DNA from: Bacteroidota bacterium
GTDB lineage: Bacteria > Bacteroidota > Bacteroidia > Cytophagales > UBA9547
Length of the DNA stretch: 64,000 bases
NCBI GenBank assembly: GCA_041191405.1
Contig: JBEEOW010000011.1
Span: 13,394 to 77,393, forward strand
Reading direction: 5' to 3'
The position numbers were made by a program, and so were the translations under genes. Position 1 is the stretch's first letter; each line of letters begins with the position of its first letter. This document shows positions 38,498 to 49,142 of this stretch, piece after piece. The notes under the pieces were generated by a model. That model saw only the letters and a program-made list of their open reading frames with translations. It ran no database searches and had not been told where the DNA came from.

Positions 38498-39463
38498 TTG
38501 TATATGTTTTTTAATAAACCAATTGGAAATATAGAATTTTATATGCTACTCTTTTTCGGAGTATTCTACTTACTTTTTATAGGTAAAATGATTTGGGTTG
38601 CTTTTCAGTTAAAATCTTCAATTAAATATTTAATTTTTAAATTTTTACTTAGAACATCCTATTTCCTACTAATTATTATTTCAAGTTTAGGTCCTGGCTT
38701 TGGAGATTCAAAAGAAGAAATTGAAGTAAAACAAAAAAATATTTTACTTTCAATAGATATGTCAAAATCAATGCTATGTAATGACATTGCTCCAAATAGA
38801 ATTTCAAAAGCTAAACTATCTTTAAAAAAACTAAACGAACTTATTGGAAATGAACATATTGCTTTAAGTATTTATAGTCAAAATTCATATTTAGTTTGTC
38901 CATTTACCTTAGATAAGTCTGCAATAAATACTTATATTGAATCACTTTCACCTCATCATATTATTGAAAATTATGGCACAAATCCTGAAAGTGCATTTAA
39001 GTTAGCAATTAATCAATTTAAGTCAAAAGCTAAAAATGAAGCTAACATTTTTATTCTAGTTTCTGATGGTGAAAATTTAAAAAATGTGTCAGAAGATATA
39101 ATTAAACAACTGAAAGATAATAATATAATTGTAGTTTTAGTTGGGATAGGTTCAGAAAAGGGCTCTCCTATTCCTGCTGCTGTTGGACATTATTTACAAG
39201 GAAATGGAAAAATTGCAATTTCATATTTGCATAAAAATGACTTAAAAAATTTAGCATTTATCTTAAATGGGAAATATTATGAAATAAATGAGATATTTAA
39301 TGAAACAGAAACTCTTGCTAATTATATAAATAATTTGGAAGGTATTAGTATTGGAAAAATAGTTGTAGATACAAAATCAAATAAATATTTTTATTTTTTA
39401 ATATTAGCTTTAGTTTTGATTTGTTTTGATGTATTAATACCTGTAAAAAGTATAAGAATTTGA
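38498..39463 (+). CDS. VWA-domain membrane protein (BatB-like)
   Basis: MIDAS motif DMSKSM, DIAPNRI, LVSDGE; TM segments at both ends. Confidence 0.82.
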   Translation: MYMFFNKPIGNIEFYMLLFFGVFYLLFIGKMIWVAFQLKSSIKYLIFKFLLRTSYFLLIIISSLGPGFGDSKEEIEVKQKNILLSIDMSKSMLCNDIAPNRISKAKLSLKKLNELIGNEHIALSIYSQNSYLVCPFTLDKSAINTYIESLSPHHIIENYGTNPESAFKLAINQFKSKAKNEANIFILVSDGENLKNVSEDIIKQLKDNNIIVVLVGIGSEKGSPIPAAVGHYLQGNGKIAISYLHKNDLKNLAFILNGKYYEINEIFNETETLANYINNLEGISIGKIVVDTKSNKYFYFLILALVLICFDVLIPVKSIRI

Positions 39464-40467
39464 AATCTGTAATTGTCATATTAATAATAATGCTTCAAAG
39501 TCTTTTTAATTTAGATGCGATATCTGATGAGAATTTTTTGAAGAAAAATGCTGAAAATTATTACTATTCAAACAATTACTTAAAAACCATTTTCAGCCTA
39601 CAAAAACTAAGTAAGGATAATGATAATATATATTCAATTAACTTAAATCTGGCGCATAGTTATTTTAATTTAAAACAATATACGAATGCTTATAGAATAT
39701 ATAAAAAAAGTTTACAATCATCAGATAAAATTGTACAAAGTATTGCTTTAATGCAAATAGGATTAATCCACGCAATTACAGCTCAAGAAATGCAAACAAA
39801 TTCATTGTTAAAAAAGAATGCAAATAATCACTATTTAAAATCATTAAAATATATAAAACAATCAATTTTGGCTAATCCAGAGAATGATATTGCTAGATTA
39901 AATTATGAAATTTTAGCCAATAATGTTTCTCTTAATAATTTAAAATTAGAATCGTTAATCTATAAACCAAAAGAGAAATCGAACAAAACAAAATCAAAAA
40001 AAGTTGATTCTCAAAAAAGAAAACAGAAAAATGATGAAATAAATGAGCAAAACACTCTAGGTAAAAGTGAAATAAAATCTGAGAAAGAGACTGAGAATAA
40101 AGGATTAAGTGCTCAAAACTCTTCTCAAGGTTCAAAAGAAAACAAGCAAACTAACACACAAGAATCAGCCCAAGGAATGAATGCAAAGTTAACTGATGAT
40201 AGTGGGCATTTACAAGGTGGGATTGACCAAAATAAAGGTTTAGCAAGCGACAAAGGTAAGCATCATGGTAAAATCGATATCGAAAAAAAGACAGATACTG
40301 ATGAAAAACCACAAATGAATAAAAATAAACTTAAATCATTAAGAATAAGTGAAGAAGCTGCTTTGAAAATTTTAGACGAAATGCAACAAAATGAAAAGCA
40401 ATTTTTACAACATTATTACTTAAAACCTGATGTAAAAGGTAAACCCAATTACAAGCAAAAATGGTAA
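39460..40467 (+). CDS. TPR protein (BatC-like)
   Basis: NLAHSYF, ARLNYE, polar low-complexity linker, EEAALKILDEMQQNEKQ...KW. Confidence 0.72.
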   Translation: MKSVIVILIIMLQSLFNLDAISDENFLKKNAENYYYSNNYLKTIFSLQKLSKDNDNIYSINLNLAHSYFNLKQYTNAYRIYKKSLQSSDKIVQSIALMQIGLIHAITAQEMQTNSLLKKNANNHYLKSLKYIKQSILANPENDIARLNYEILANNVSLNNLKLESLIYKPKEKSNKTKSKKVDSQKRKQKNDEINEQNTLGKSEIKSEKETENKGLSAQNSSQGSKENKQTNTQESAQGMNAKLTDDSGHLQGGIDQNKGLASDKGKHHGKIDIEKKTDTDEKPQMNKNKLKSLRISEEAALKILDEMQQNEKQFLQHYYLKPDVKGKPNYKQKW

Positions 40468-40538
40468 AATAGCTTAAAATCCTCGAATTGTTTTACTCCA
40501 TTATTTAAATATAATACAATAAGTTAACAATATCATGA

Positions 40539-41324
40539 TTAGTATTGCCTACCAAATTTGGTTGGTTCATTTAAGTCAATCCAAAATACATGTGTAGGTT
40601 CACCTTCATCTTGTTTTCCATTTGAATTTGTATCTAATTGAGCAAAAACATACATAAAATCTTTTGCTAAATCATATTCAGACTTAATTACAGAATAATT
40701 TTCAGGTATTAATAATTTCACTTTTTCACCTTTGATATTGAATAAAAACAACCTTCTTAAATCTGATTGATTTATAAAACCGTCTTTATTTGTATCCTCA
40801 TTATAAGCCGAAATCATAAAGTAATTTCTACTGATTGGCTTAAAATTCAATGTATCGTTTAAAAGTGTGGGATAATAAAGTGTTTTTATTAATACAGGTT
40901 TTTCAAAAAAATAGTTGGTTTTGTTTTCTTTAATGTCGAAATGCGATACATTAACTAAATTATAACCAGTAACAGCCTCAAATCCTGGCATAATATGGTT
41001 ATTCCAATTATTGCCATTTTTAATTTCATTGTCTTCATATTTAGAATAAAAATTATTTGATCCAATAAAAGATTTTGTATTGTTTTTATTATAATTTACT
41101 TTATAAATAGTTGTTAATCTTACATTTGAGTTACCAGTTAACAATACACTACTTGGGCGAGTATCAAACTTTAAAGAATCTTTATTAAGACCTTCAATTT
41201 TTGAATTATCGCCATTATTGACATTAGTACTTACTTGAAAACCTTTGTCTTTAATTTTAGTATTTCTAGCACAATTTGTAAATAGAACTACAATCGAACA
41301 ATACAATAACAATCTATATTTCAT
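40539..41324 (-). CDS. Hypothetical lipoprotein
   Basis: Lipobox FTNC; EF-hand-like DTNKDGFINQSD and DTNSNGKQD. Confidence 0.7.
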   Translation of the reverse strand: MKYRLLLYCSIVVLFTNCARNTKIKDKGFQVSTNVNNGDNSKIEGLNKDSLKFDTRPSSVLLTGNSNVRLTTIYKVNYNKNNTKSFIGSNNFYSKYEDNEIKNGNNWNNHIMPGFEAVTGYNLVNVSHFDIKENKTNYFFEKPVLIKTLYYPTLLNDTLNFKPISRNYFMISAYNEDTNKDGFINQSDLRRLFLFNIKGEKVKLLIPENYSVIKSEYDLAKDFMYVFAQLDTNSNGKQDEGEPTHVFWIDLNEPTKFGRQY

Positions 41325-41415
41325 TTATTGGGTATAATGAAGGTTTTAAAGATATTTAAAACAAAAAACTACCAAAAAATTAAATTCTTGGTAGTTTAAG
41401 TTAAATGTAAAGCGA

Positions 41416-42399
41416 TTACAAACCAATCTGTTCGGCGATGCCGTAATCGTCTTTTTTGTGAGAATCTATATTGAGCATTTCGCCAATAAAGCCTGCTAAA
41501 AACAATTGAATCCCTCCTAAAGCTGATACTAAAGAGATATAAAACAATGGATTAGATGTTGTTTCTCTATATGGCAAATGATAATGTAAGCAATATTGTT
41601 TGTTCAATAACAAGAAAATTGTAATCAGAAATCCTAGCAAAAATGCCAAACTACCTAATACACCAAAAAAGTGCATTGGGCGTTTTTTGAATTTTGATAC
41701 AAAGGTGATTGAAAGTAAATCTAGGAATCCGAAAACGAAACGTTCTAATCCAAATTTAGTAACTCCGTATTTACGGGCTCTGTGTTGAACTGATTTCTCT
41801 CCTATTTTTGCAAATCCTTGCCATTTTGCAATTACAGGTATATAACGGTGCATTTCACCAAATAAATCTATTCGTTTTACTACTTGGTGTTTATAAGCTT
41901 TTAAACCACAGTTAAAATCATGCAGGTTGTTTATGCCCGACATTTTACGTGTAGCCCAGTTAAATAATTTCGTTGGGATTGTTTTTGAAAGTGGGTCGTA
42001 ACGCTTTTCTTTCCAACCAGACACTAAGTCCAAACCATCTACTTTGATCATTTTGTATAAATCTGGAATTTCATCTGGACTATCCTGTAAATCAGCATCC
42101 ATAGTAATTACCACATCGCCTTTTGTAGCTTTAAAGCCAACATGCAATGCTGCAGATTTACCGTAATTTCTAACAAATTTAATCCCTTTTACATGAGGGT
42201 TTTCAGCTGCAATTTTTTCAACAACTTCCCATGAATTGTCTTTACTACCATCATCAACCAATATAACTTCGTAAGTAAAGTTATTATCAATCATCACCTT
42301 ACGAATCCAATCGCAAAGTTCAGGCAATGATTCCTCTTCGTTATAAAGTGGAATAACAACGCTTATTTGTAATTTATCAGAAGTTTGGGTAGTCGCCAT
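41416..42399 (-). CDS. Glycosyltransferase family 2 (ArnC/DPM1-like)
   Basis: SVVIPLYNEE, VDDGSKD, MDADLQD, DFNCGLKAY; C-terminal TMs; likely start 42399. Confidence 0.92.
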   Translation of the reverse strand: MATTQTSDKLQISVVIPLYNEEESLPELCDWIRKVMIDNNFTYEVILVDDGSKDNSWEVVEKIAAENPHVKGIKFVRNYGKSAALHVGFKATKGDVVITMDADLQDSPDEIPDLYKMIKVDGLDLVSGWKEKRYDPLSKTIPTKLFNWATRKMSGINNLHDFNCGLKAYKHQVVKRIDLFGEMHRYIPVIAKWQGFAKIGEKSVQHRARKYGVTKFGLERFVFGFLDLLSITFVSKFKKRPMHFFGVLGSLAFLLGFLITIFLLLNKQYCLHYHLPYRETTSNPLFYISLVSALGGIQLFLAGFIGEMLNIDSHKKDDYGIAEQIGL

Positions 42400-42904
42400 T
42401 GTTAGGATTTGTTGGTGATTTTCTAAGCATGATACCAATCATAGGTGTTAACATCATTATGTTTAACATCATTGAAAATACTATGCTTGTAAAAAGAAAA
42501 GAAACACTATTTTGATTAATAATTTCAACTGTTTGATTTACTTCATTTGATTTAAATCCATTTTCAATCAATTGATTTTTAAGCAATAATATTGTTGCAG
42601 ATAATTCTTCAGGACGAATTGTATGTAAAACATAATCAATATATGCTGCTCCTGCAATTGAACCCAAAAGCGTAATTATCAATGATATTTTAAGAACTTG
42701 TTTGAAAGTTATAAATCCACCAGAATAACGCTTGTAATCAATTACTGTAAATATAATTGCTCCGATTACAATAACGGTATAAATAGTTGATAAATTGTCT
42801 AATCCGTTTGGTACATTACTAAATTGAACCAAAAACGAAATTGCTAACACTGCCAAAGCAGTTACAAAAGCGTATTTTAAAGTCCAAATTCTAATTTTTA
42901 TCAT
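42377..42904 (-). CDS. DUF4199-like membrane protein
   Basis: 4 TM segments; GGFITFKQVLK. Confidence 0.7.
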   Translation of the reverse strand: MIKIRIWTLKYAFVTALAVLAISFLVQFSNVPNGLDNLSTIYTVIVIGAIIFTVIDYKRYSGGFITFKQVLKISLIITLLGSIAGAAYIDYVLHTIRPEELSATILLLKNQLIENGFKSNEVNQTVEIINQNSVSFLFTSIVFSMMLNIMMLTPMIGIMLRKSPTNPNNGDYPNF

Positions 42905-42925
42905 TTTGTTATTTATAAATATACC

Positions 42926-43486
42926 TTATTTCTTTTTCTTTTCAGTCTCTTCTCTTGTATCCAATGCCACCACATCGGTTCTTCTAAAGAAAACACCTAA
43001 AGCAATTACTGGAACAGTTAAAATAAATCCTTTTTTAATGAATTCATCAATAGCGATGTGAATTGGTTTGGTGTTAGCTAAATTTTTCAATATCAATTCA
43101 TATTCTTTGATATTGGCTCTATCAGCAAATACAGCTGCTTCTTGCGTTGCAATATGTAAATCAAATACTTGTGGAAACCAGCTCGACATTGCAAAATACA
43201 TCAATATTGAATACAATACCACAGATACAACTGAAATAGTCAAAGCAATTCCTGCCCCTTGGAAGAATATAAATTCTTGTTCGGCCAATAAAAAACGATA
43301 ATACCAAACGCCTGCACCTATAAAAAAGGCAATAATTACTATTTCTAATAAATGTACAGAACTAAATGGGTACACTCCGATTCCCATTATAAAAACGAAA
43401 AACAAAAAACTATTTAACGCTGCCAAAGCTCCAAATACTAATGTGGTAGCTAAAAACGGACGTTCACTAAATATTGAATTAAACAT
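42926..43486 (-). CDS. DUF4199-like membrane protein
   Basis: 4 TM segments; FIFFQGAGIAL; paralog-like neighbour. Confidence 0.65.
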   Translation of the reverse strand: MFNSIFSERPFLATTLVFGALAALNSFLFFVFIMGIGVYPFSSVHLLEIVIIAFFIGAGVWYYRFLLAEQEFIFFQGAGIALTISVVSVVLYSILMYFAMSSWFPQVFDLHIATQEAAVFADRANIKEYELILKNLANTKPIHIAIDEFIKKGFILTVPVIALGVFFRRTDVVALDTREETEKKKK

Positions 43487-43497
43487 TTATGGTTATT

Positions 43498-44757
43498 TTA
43501 ATTGATAACTAATTGATTTTTATTGATTACAGCTTTTACTTTTCCTTTGAAAGTTTTACCAATAAAAGGTGTATTCAATGATTTTGATTTAACATCCTTT
43601 TCTGTGAAAGTCCAATTTTCGTCAGTTGAGAATAAAGTTAAGTTTGCCTTCGCTCCTACTTCAATTGTTGGAACTTCTATTTTTAACAATTCTCTTGAAG
43701 TAATTGAAAGTATGTTAACTAGCTTATCAACAGGAATTTTACCCACAGTATTTAAAGCTGCAAAAGCAGTTTGTAAACCTAACATTCCAAATTCAGCTTG
43801 GTCAAATTCAAGCTTTTTTGATTCTTCGTCTTGTGGTGTATGGTCAGTAACAATTAAATCTATAATATCCTCATTTACAGCTTTCCAAAGTGCAGTTTGT
43901 GTTTCTTTACTTCTTAAAGGCGGATTTACTTTTAAGTTTGTATCAAAAGTATTTAAATCCTTATCGGTAAATAATAAATGATGAACTGCAACATCACAAG
44001 TTACGTTAAGTCCTTGTTTTTTAGCAGCTTTAATTAATTCAATTGATTTAGGACTTGAAATACGTGAAAAATGAATTCTACCACCTGCATATTTTAATAA
44101 CTCTATATCTCGAGCTACAATTAATTCTTCAGCAAGTTTTGGTATTCCTTTTAAGCCTAAAAATGTACTTACTTTACCTTCGTTAATTTGTCCGTGTAAA
44201 GTTAAAGTTGTTTCCTCAGCATGTTGAATCAACAATCCATCAACTAATTGCAAGTATTGCAAACTTCTAACCAAAACACCTGGGTGCCAAATAGGTTTGT
44301 TTGCATCTGTAAAAGCCACAGCACCAGCATGATGTAAATCAAGCATCTCTGTCATTTCCTCCCCTTTTGCACCTAAAGTTACAAAAGCCATAGGATGAAC
44401 TGAAACTGGACCAACTGCCGAATTTTTAATATAATGAACTGTTTCTTTGTGTTCTACAGCAGGTTTTGTATTTGGCAACACTGCAACATCAGTGTATCCA
44501 CCAAAGGCAGCCGCTGCACAACCCGAACGAATATCTTCTTTGTGTTCAAAACCTGGGTCTCTAAAACTTGAACGAATATCGCACCAGCCAATACTTAATT
44601 TCAAACCATCAGCGGGAATAACTGTAGCATTTTCCTCTGCATGTAGGTTATTACCTATCGCAGTGATAACACCATTAGTAATTTGAACATCAAGTACTTG
44701 TCCGTTATAATTTGAACGAGAATCAATAATCTCCGCCGATTTAATAAGTATATTCAT
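43498..44757 (-). CDS. pyrC: Dihydroorotase (or PyrC-like subunit)
   Basis: RDPGFEHKE, AAAFGGYT, KVNPPLR, TDHTPQ; the metal-binding H-x-H is replaced by DIRSS. Confidence 0.88.
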   Translation of the reverse strand: MNILIKSAEIIDSRSNYNGQVLDVQITNGVITAIGNNLHAEENATVIPADGLKLSIGWCDIRSSFRDPGFEHKEDIRSGCAAAAFGGYTDVAVLPNTKPAVEHKETVHYIKNSAVGPVSVHPMAFVTLGAKGEEMTEMLDLHHAGAVAFTDANKPIWHPGVLVRSLQYLQLVDGLLIQHAEETTLTLHGQINEGKVSTFLGLKGIPKLAEELIVARDIELLKYAGGRIHFSRISSPKSIELIKAAKKQGLNVTCDVAVHHLLFTDKDLNTFDTNLKVNPPLRSKETQTALWKAVNEDIIDLIVTDHTPQDEESKKLEFDQAEFGMLGLQTAFAALNTVGKIPVDKLVNILSITSRELLKIEVPTIEVGAKANLTLFSTDENWTFTEKDVKSKSLNTPFIGKTFKGKVKAVINKNQLVIN

Positions 44758-46802
44758 TACTGTTTTTTAATTTTTGTTCCCAAAGGAAAATATTTAACCA
44801 ACACAATTTCGGATAGCAAAGCTACTAAAGCTAACAACAGAAACCAACGCCAAAGTGAAATTCCCAATTGCGATGCCTGTAATTCGCTAGCAAGGTCGTT
44901 TTTTTCTGCACCTTCAAATATCTTTATATTTTTTTGTTTTAAAAACATTGTTTTTAATTCTTGTTCCGAATAGCATGATAAATCACTTTCTTTGCCATCA
45001 GTATTGAATGCTAAAATATTCAACAATTGTTTATGTTGCGTTAAGTTGTAATATCCTGATTTTAATGCCAATGCAGGAATTTGCATGGTTAAAATGCCGT
45101 CGTTAAACTGCTGATAAGGCACCATTTCAGTTTCATTTGAAACTAATTTACAAGGCTCATCTAAATTAAATTTATACAAAGGAACTGAAATATTTTTTTC
45201 GGAAAATTTAAACGCAACAGCTGATGGTTGCATAGCTTGGAATGCCAAACGATACATAATTGGCACAAATACAGCGTGTTTAGCTAAATCTGTTGCAGTA
45301 TTTGTTAAACATGCACTTGAGATATAAACATTTCCTTTTCCTATGCTAAATCTCTTTAAAACTGTATTTCCATTTTGTAGAGAAATTAAACTTTCGCCGC
45401 CAACCGGTAAATTAATTACAGGCTGAATATTTGGCATGGCTTCTTTTCCTGTAACTTTCTCAAAAATATGATGATACAAAGGATTTTCAATATTCAACAT
45501 TTGCATTTGTGATGATTTTGCATTGTTTTGAATACTAAGTCCTGATAGATTTAAGGTGTTTGCAAATGATTGTAAACTTGCATCTTGTGGTTTTTCTGAT
45601 GGAAATAAAACTATACTTGCTCCAGCTTTAGCTTTATCAATCAATGTTTTAGCCAATGTTGATGATGCTAAATCAAAATCTTGAATAACCACCAAACCTG
45701 ACTCTTTTAATTGTTTGTAATTAATGTTATTTAAAGTTGAACTTGAATGTATAAAGAAGTTTTTACCTGAATACACTTTATCTACATAACTATTATTCAA
45801 TGCACTAGCAGTAAATACAGGTAAAGGAGTTGCAGCTCTGAGCGTAAAATAAAATTCATTATCAAAAATTATCGGACTATCATTTAATTTAATCACCGCT
45901 TTTTTGAATTTATTATCATTCAATACAAAATCAAATTTGATAATTTGCTTGTCTTTTTCAGTTGCAGAAACGCTAGCAGTACTTACCAAAGCATTTTCTA
46001 TTAAAAAATCAGCTTTAATTTTTGCACCAACTTTTAAACCGTGATAATTAACTCTTACAAACAAAGAATTAGTTATTCCTGGTTGAACAAATGGTTGCTC
46101 AAGCCAAACCGAATCAGCATATACATTTGCTTGGTTTGGTACATTTATAGGAATTAAATTAATTTCTGTATTTGCTGATAAAGAATTTAATGTTTGCTTT
46201 AAGTCACCGAGTGTAGCTTTCTGAAAATCAGATAAAATATATAATTTTTTCTTTCCCATTTCAGCATCTAAAGCATTTTGCTGACGAGCAATAATTTCTT
46301 TTAAACTACGAGTTTGAGCTGAAAGTTTTGATTCAGTTAATCTATCTGAAAATTGTTTTGGAGAAAGTAAATATTGGTCTTTTCCTTCAAAATTATTATC
46401 AAGATATTGCAATTTAGTATTTTGAGATAAAGTATTTACCCAATTACCAACTTGCGACAAAGCCATATTGTGTGCATTTTGCCCAGCAACATTACCTTGC
46501 ATACTTAATGAATTGTCGATATAAATACTCAATGCCCTACTTGGTGCTTCTTTTGTGTTAACATTTGGAATAAAGGGTTGAGCAAATGCAAGTACTAAAG
46601 CCGTAATTGCAATAAATCTTGCAATCAAAACCCACCAATGTTTTAATTTATATCCCTTATGTGAACTTTGTTGAAGGGTCAAAAGTAAGCGCACATTGGT
46701 GAAGTACACACGCTTAGGACGCTGAAAATCAAAAAAATGTATAATTATTGGCACTGCCAAAGCAGTTAATGCCCACAATATAGTTGGATTAATAAAGTTC
46801 AT
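44757..46802 (-). CDS. BatA-domain membrane protein
   Basis: MNFINP...VPIIIHFF...LAFAQPF, YIDNSLSM; C-terminal LWRWFLLLAL. Confidence 0.85.
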   Translation of the reverse strand: MNFINPTILWALTALAVPIIIHFFDFQRPKRVYFTNVRLLLTLQQSSHKGYKLKHWWVLIARFIAITALVLAFAQPFIPNVNTKEAPSRALSIYIDNSLSMQGNVAGQNAHNMALSQVGNWVNTLSQNTKLQYLDNNFEGKDQYLLSPKQFSDRLTESKLSAQTRSLKEIIARQQNALDAEMGKKKLYILSDFQKATLGDLKQTLNSLSANTEINLIPINVPNQANVYADSVWLEQPFVQPGITNSLFVRVNYHGLKVGAKIKADFLIENALVSTASVSATEKDKQIIKFDFVLNDNKFKKAVIKLNDSPIIFDNEFYFTLRAATPLPVFTASALNNSYVDKVYSGKNFFIHSSSTLNNINYKQLKESGLVVIQDFDLASSTLAKTLIDKAKAGASIVLFPSEKPQDASLQSFANTLNLSGLSIQNNAKSSQMQMLNIENPLYHHIFEKVTGKEAMPNIQPVINLPVGGESLISLQNGNTVLKRFSIGKGNVYISSACLTNTATDLAKHAVFVPIMYRLAFQAMQPSAVAFKFSEKNISVPLYKFNLDEPCKLVSNETEMVPYQQFNDGILTMQIPALALKSGYYNLTQHKQLLNILAFNTDGKESDLSCYSEQELKTMFLKQKNIKIFEGAEKNDLASELQASQLGISLWRWFLLLALVALLSEIVLVKYFPLGTKIKKQ

Positions 46803-46866
46803 ACAGCTACGAATTTAGGCTTTTTCATTGATTTTTTACTACATTTGCTATGTCTAATCTTAACAA

Positions 46867-47406
46867 ATGTATAAACTTAATATACTCGACAAAAAGCTCA
46901 TCAAAATCACGATCAGTAGATTGTGCCAGCAGCTTATTGAAAATCACCAAGATTTTAGAGATACAGTCATTCTAGGCATCCAACCAAGAGGTGCATTTTT
47001 GGCTGCAAGAATCCAAAAAGAGCTTAAATTACTCACTGGTTTAACTATTCCTTTGGGTAAATTAGACATTACTTTTCACCGTGACGATTACCGCAGAAGG
47101 GAATTTGCAGCAAGCAGTTACCCAATGGATATTCCGTTTGTGATAGAAAATAAAAATGTAATATTAATTGATGATGTACTTTACACTGGTAGAACTATCA
47201 AAGCTGCATTGGAAGCAATGGCAGCATTTGGCAGACCAACTACTGTGGAGTTATTAGTTCTTATCAACAGAAAATATTCTCGTGAATTACCAATTAGTGC
47301 CAACTATGTAGGTAAAAGCGTAAATAGTTTGGCAAGCGAAAAAGTGATTGTCGAGCTAAAAGAATCAGAAAACAAGGAAGATGGTGTTTGGCTTATTCAA
47401 CAATAA
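46867..47406 (+). CDS. pyrR: PyrR regulator / uracil phosphoribosyltransferase
   Basis: LDITFHRDD, LIDDVLYTGRTIKAAL, RELPI. Confidence 0.95.
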   Translation: MYKLNILDKKLIKITISRLCQQLIENHQDFRDTVILGIQPRGAFLAARIQKELKLLTGLTIPLGKLDITFHRDDYRRREFAASSYPMDIPFVIENKNVILIDDVLYTGRTIKAALEAMAAFGRPTTVELLVLINRKYSRELPISANYVGKSVNSLASEKVIVELKESENKEDGVWLIQQ

Positions 47407-47411
47407 TTAAG

Positions 47412-48344
47412 ATGCAAAAACAACTAAGTGTAAAACATTTATTAGGTATCAAAGACCTTACTAAAGATGATATTAACCTTATCTTAGATACTGCTACTAA
47501 TTTTAAAGAAGTAATAAACCGACCTATCAAAAAAGTACCTTCACTACGTGATGTTACTATAGCCAATGTTTTTTTCGAAAACTCTACTCGTACTCGTCTT
47601 TCATTTGAATTAGCTCAAAAACGTTTATCTGCTGATACCATTAACTTTTCGGCAGCACAGAGTTCAGTTAAAAAAGGCGAAACTTTGCTTGATACAGTGA
47701 ACAATATTTTATCTATGAAAGTAGATATGATTGTGATGCGACACGCCTCAGTTGGTGCTCCTCATTTTTTATCGCAGCATATTAAAGCAAATATTGTAAA
47801 TGCAGGCGACGGAACCCATGAACACCCTACACAAGCTTTGTTAGATAGTTTTTCAATTAGAGAACGTTTAGGCGAAGTGGCTGGAAAAAAAGTGTGTATT
47901 TTCGGAGATATTTTACACTCAAGAGTAGCATTGTCAAACATTATTTGTTTGCAAAAACAAGGAGCTGAAGTGATGGTTTGCGGACCAATAACTTTGATTC
48001 CAAAATACATCAAAGACCTTGGAGTAAAAGTTGAATTTGATGTACGTAAAGCATTGTTATGGTGTGATGTAGCTAACGTTTTGAGAATCCAACTTGAACG
48101 TATGCAATTGAAATATTTCCCTTCATTAAGAGAATATTCGCAATACTTTGGAATTAATAAACAATTACTTGAAAGCTTAAATAAAGAAATTGTAATTATG
48201 CACCCAGGTCCAATAAACCGTGGTGTTGAAATTACAAGTGATGTTGCAGATTCTGGTCAATCAATTATACTTGACCAAGTTGAAAACGGTGTAGCTGTTC
48301 GTATGGCAGCATTGTATTTGCTGGCTGCGGATAAGTCGAAATAG
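47412..48344 (+). CDS. pyrB: Aspartate carbamoyltransferase catalytic subunit
   Basis: FFENSTRTRLSF, NAGDGTHEHPTQALLD, MHPGPINRG. Confidence 0.97.
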   Translation: MQKQLSVKHLLGIKDLTKDDINLILDTATNFKEVINRPIKKVPSLRDVTIANVFFENSTRTRLSFELAQKRLSADTINFSAAQSSVKKGETLLDTVNNILSMKVDMIVMRHASVGAPHFLSQHIKANIVNAGDGTHEHPTQALLDSFSIRERLGEVAGKKVCIFGDILHSRVALSNIICLQKQGAEVMVCGPITLIPKYIKDLGVKVEFDVRKALLWCDVANVLRIQLERMQLKYFPSLREYSQYFGINKQLLESLNKEIVIMHPGPINRGVEITSDVADSGQSIILDQVENGVAVRMAALYLLAADKSK

Positions 48345-48401
48345 GAATTAAGACGGAAGACTTAAGATATAAGATTAAAGACTTAAAATTTTATAAATTT
48401 G

Positions 48402-48429
48402 AAAAGACGCTTATTTGGCGTCTTTTTTT
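48402..48429 (+). terminator. Intrinsic terminator after pyrB
   Basis: aaaagacgc ttatttg gcgtcttttttt. Confidence 0.75.
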
Positions 48430-48502
48430 GTTACAAAATAATTTGTAGTTTTAAAACTAATTAAATTAATTAACTGTTTAAAGTTGAATAAATTTTAAGA
48501 AG

Positions 48503-48721
48503 ATGGCTGTTCAAATTATAAAAGATGGATTTGGTGAAAATACAGTCGTATTTATCCCAATTAATGATTGGAATAAAATTACTCAAAAACATGAAGATTT
48601 GAGAAATTTAGTAAACTTAAGTCCAAGCCCTAAAATAAAACTTTCAGATTTAGCTGGTAAATTATCAAATCAAACTGCATTAAAAATGCAACAATCAATT
48701 ATTGAAAATAGAAACGAATGA
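48503..48721 (+). CDS. Putative antitoxin (VapB-like), possibly 3'-truncated by TGA
   Basis: 72 aa directly upstream of the PIN gene; KLSDLAGKLS...ENRNE*. Confidence 0.6.
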   Translation: MAVQIIKDGFGENTVVFIPINDWNKITQKHEDLRNLVNLSPSPKIKLSDLAGKLSNQTALKMQQSIIENRNE

Positions 48722-48749
48722 GACGATAGACTAAAGTAAATTTAAGTTT

Positions 48750-49134
48750 ATGAAATATTGACTTGATACAAATATTGTTATAAGTTTTTTTAAATTCTTC
48801 AATTCCTGAAAATGGAATGTTATTTTTGAATAATATTGTTGATAATGAACCACTAATTTCGATAATTACCAAAATAGAATTACTTGGATTCAACTTTAAT
48901 TCAATAGAAGAACAAGATTTAATGGAATTTTTTGTTAATTCCTCGAAAATTATAAATTTAGATGAAGATATTGTTAATCAAACTATTAAACTTCGAAAAA
49001 TTAAAAAGATAAAATTACCTGATGCAATTATTGCAAGTACTGCTATAACATATAATTTTACTTTAATTACTCGAAATGTTGCAGATTTTAAAGACATAAA
49101 GAATTTAGAATTAGTTAACCCATTTGATATTTAA
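48750..49134 (+). pseudogene. vapC: VapC-type PIN toxin, disrupted at its 5' end
   Basis: ATG 48750 reads MKY*LDTNIVIS, then a T7 run shifts the frame; the downstream ORF has ISIITKIELLG, KLPDAIIASTA, LITRNVADF. Confidence 0.8.
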
Positions 49135-49142
49135 TTTTTTTT

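Noticed and set aside
43498-44757. pyrC as a pseudogene because the metal-binding histidines are missing
   Set aside because: The ORF is full length, and catalytically degenerate PyrC-like subunits associated with ATCase are established
48719-48761. TGA-as-Trp recoding suggested by two in-frame TGAs in the TA pair
   Set aside because: TGA ends ordinary genes here (e.g. crp/fnr, selO), core genes use TGG for Trp, and an additional frameshift indicates decay
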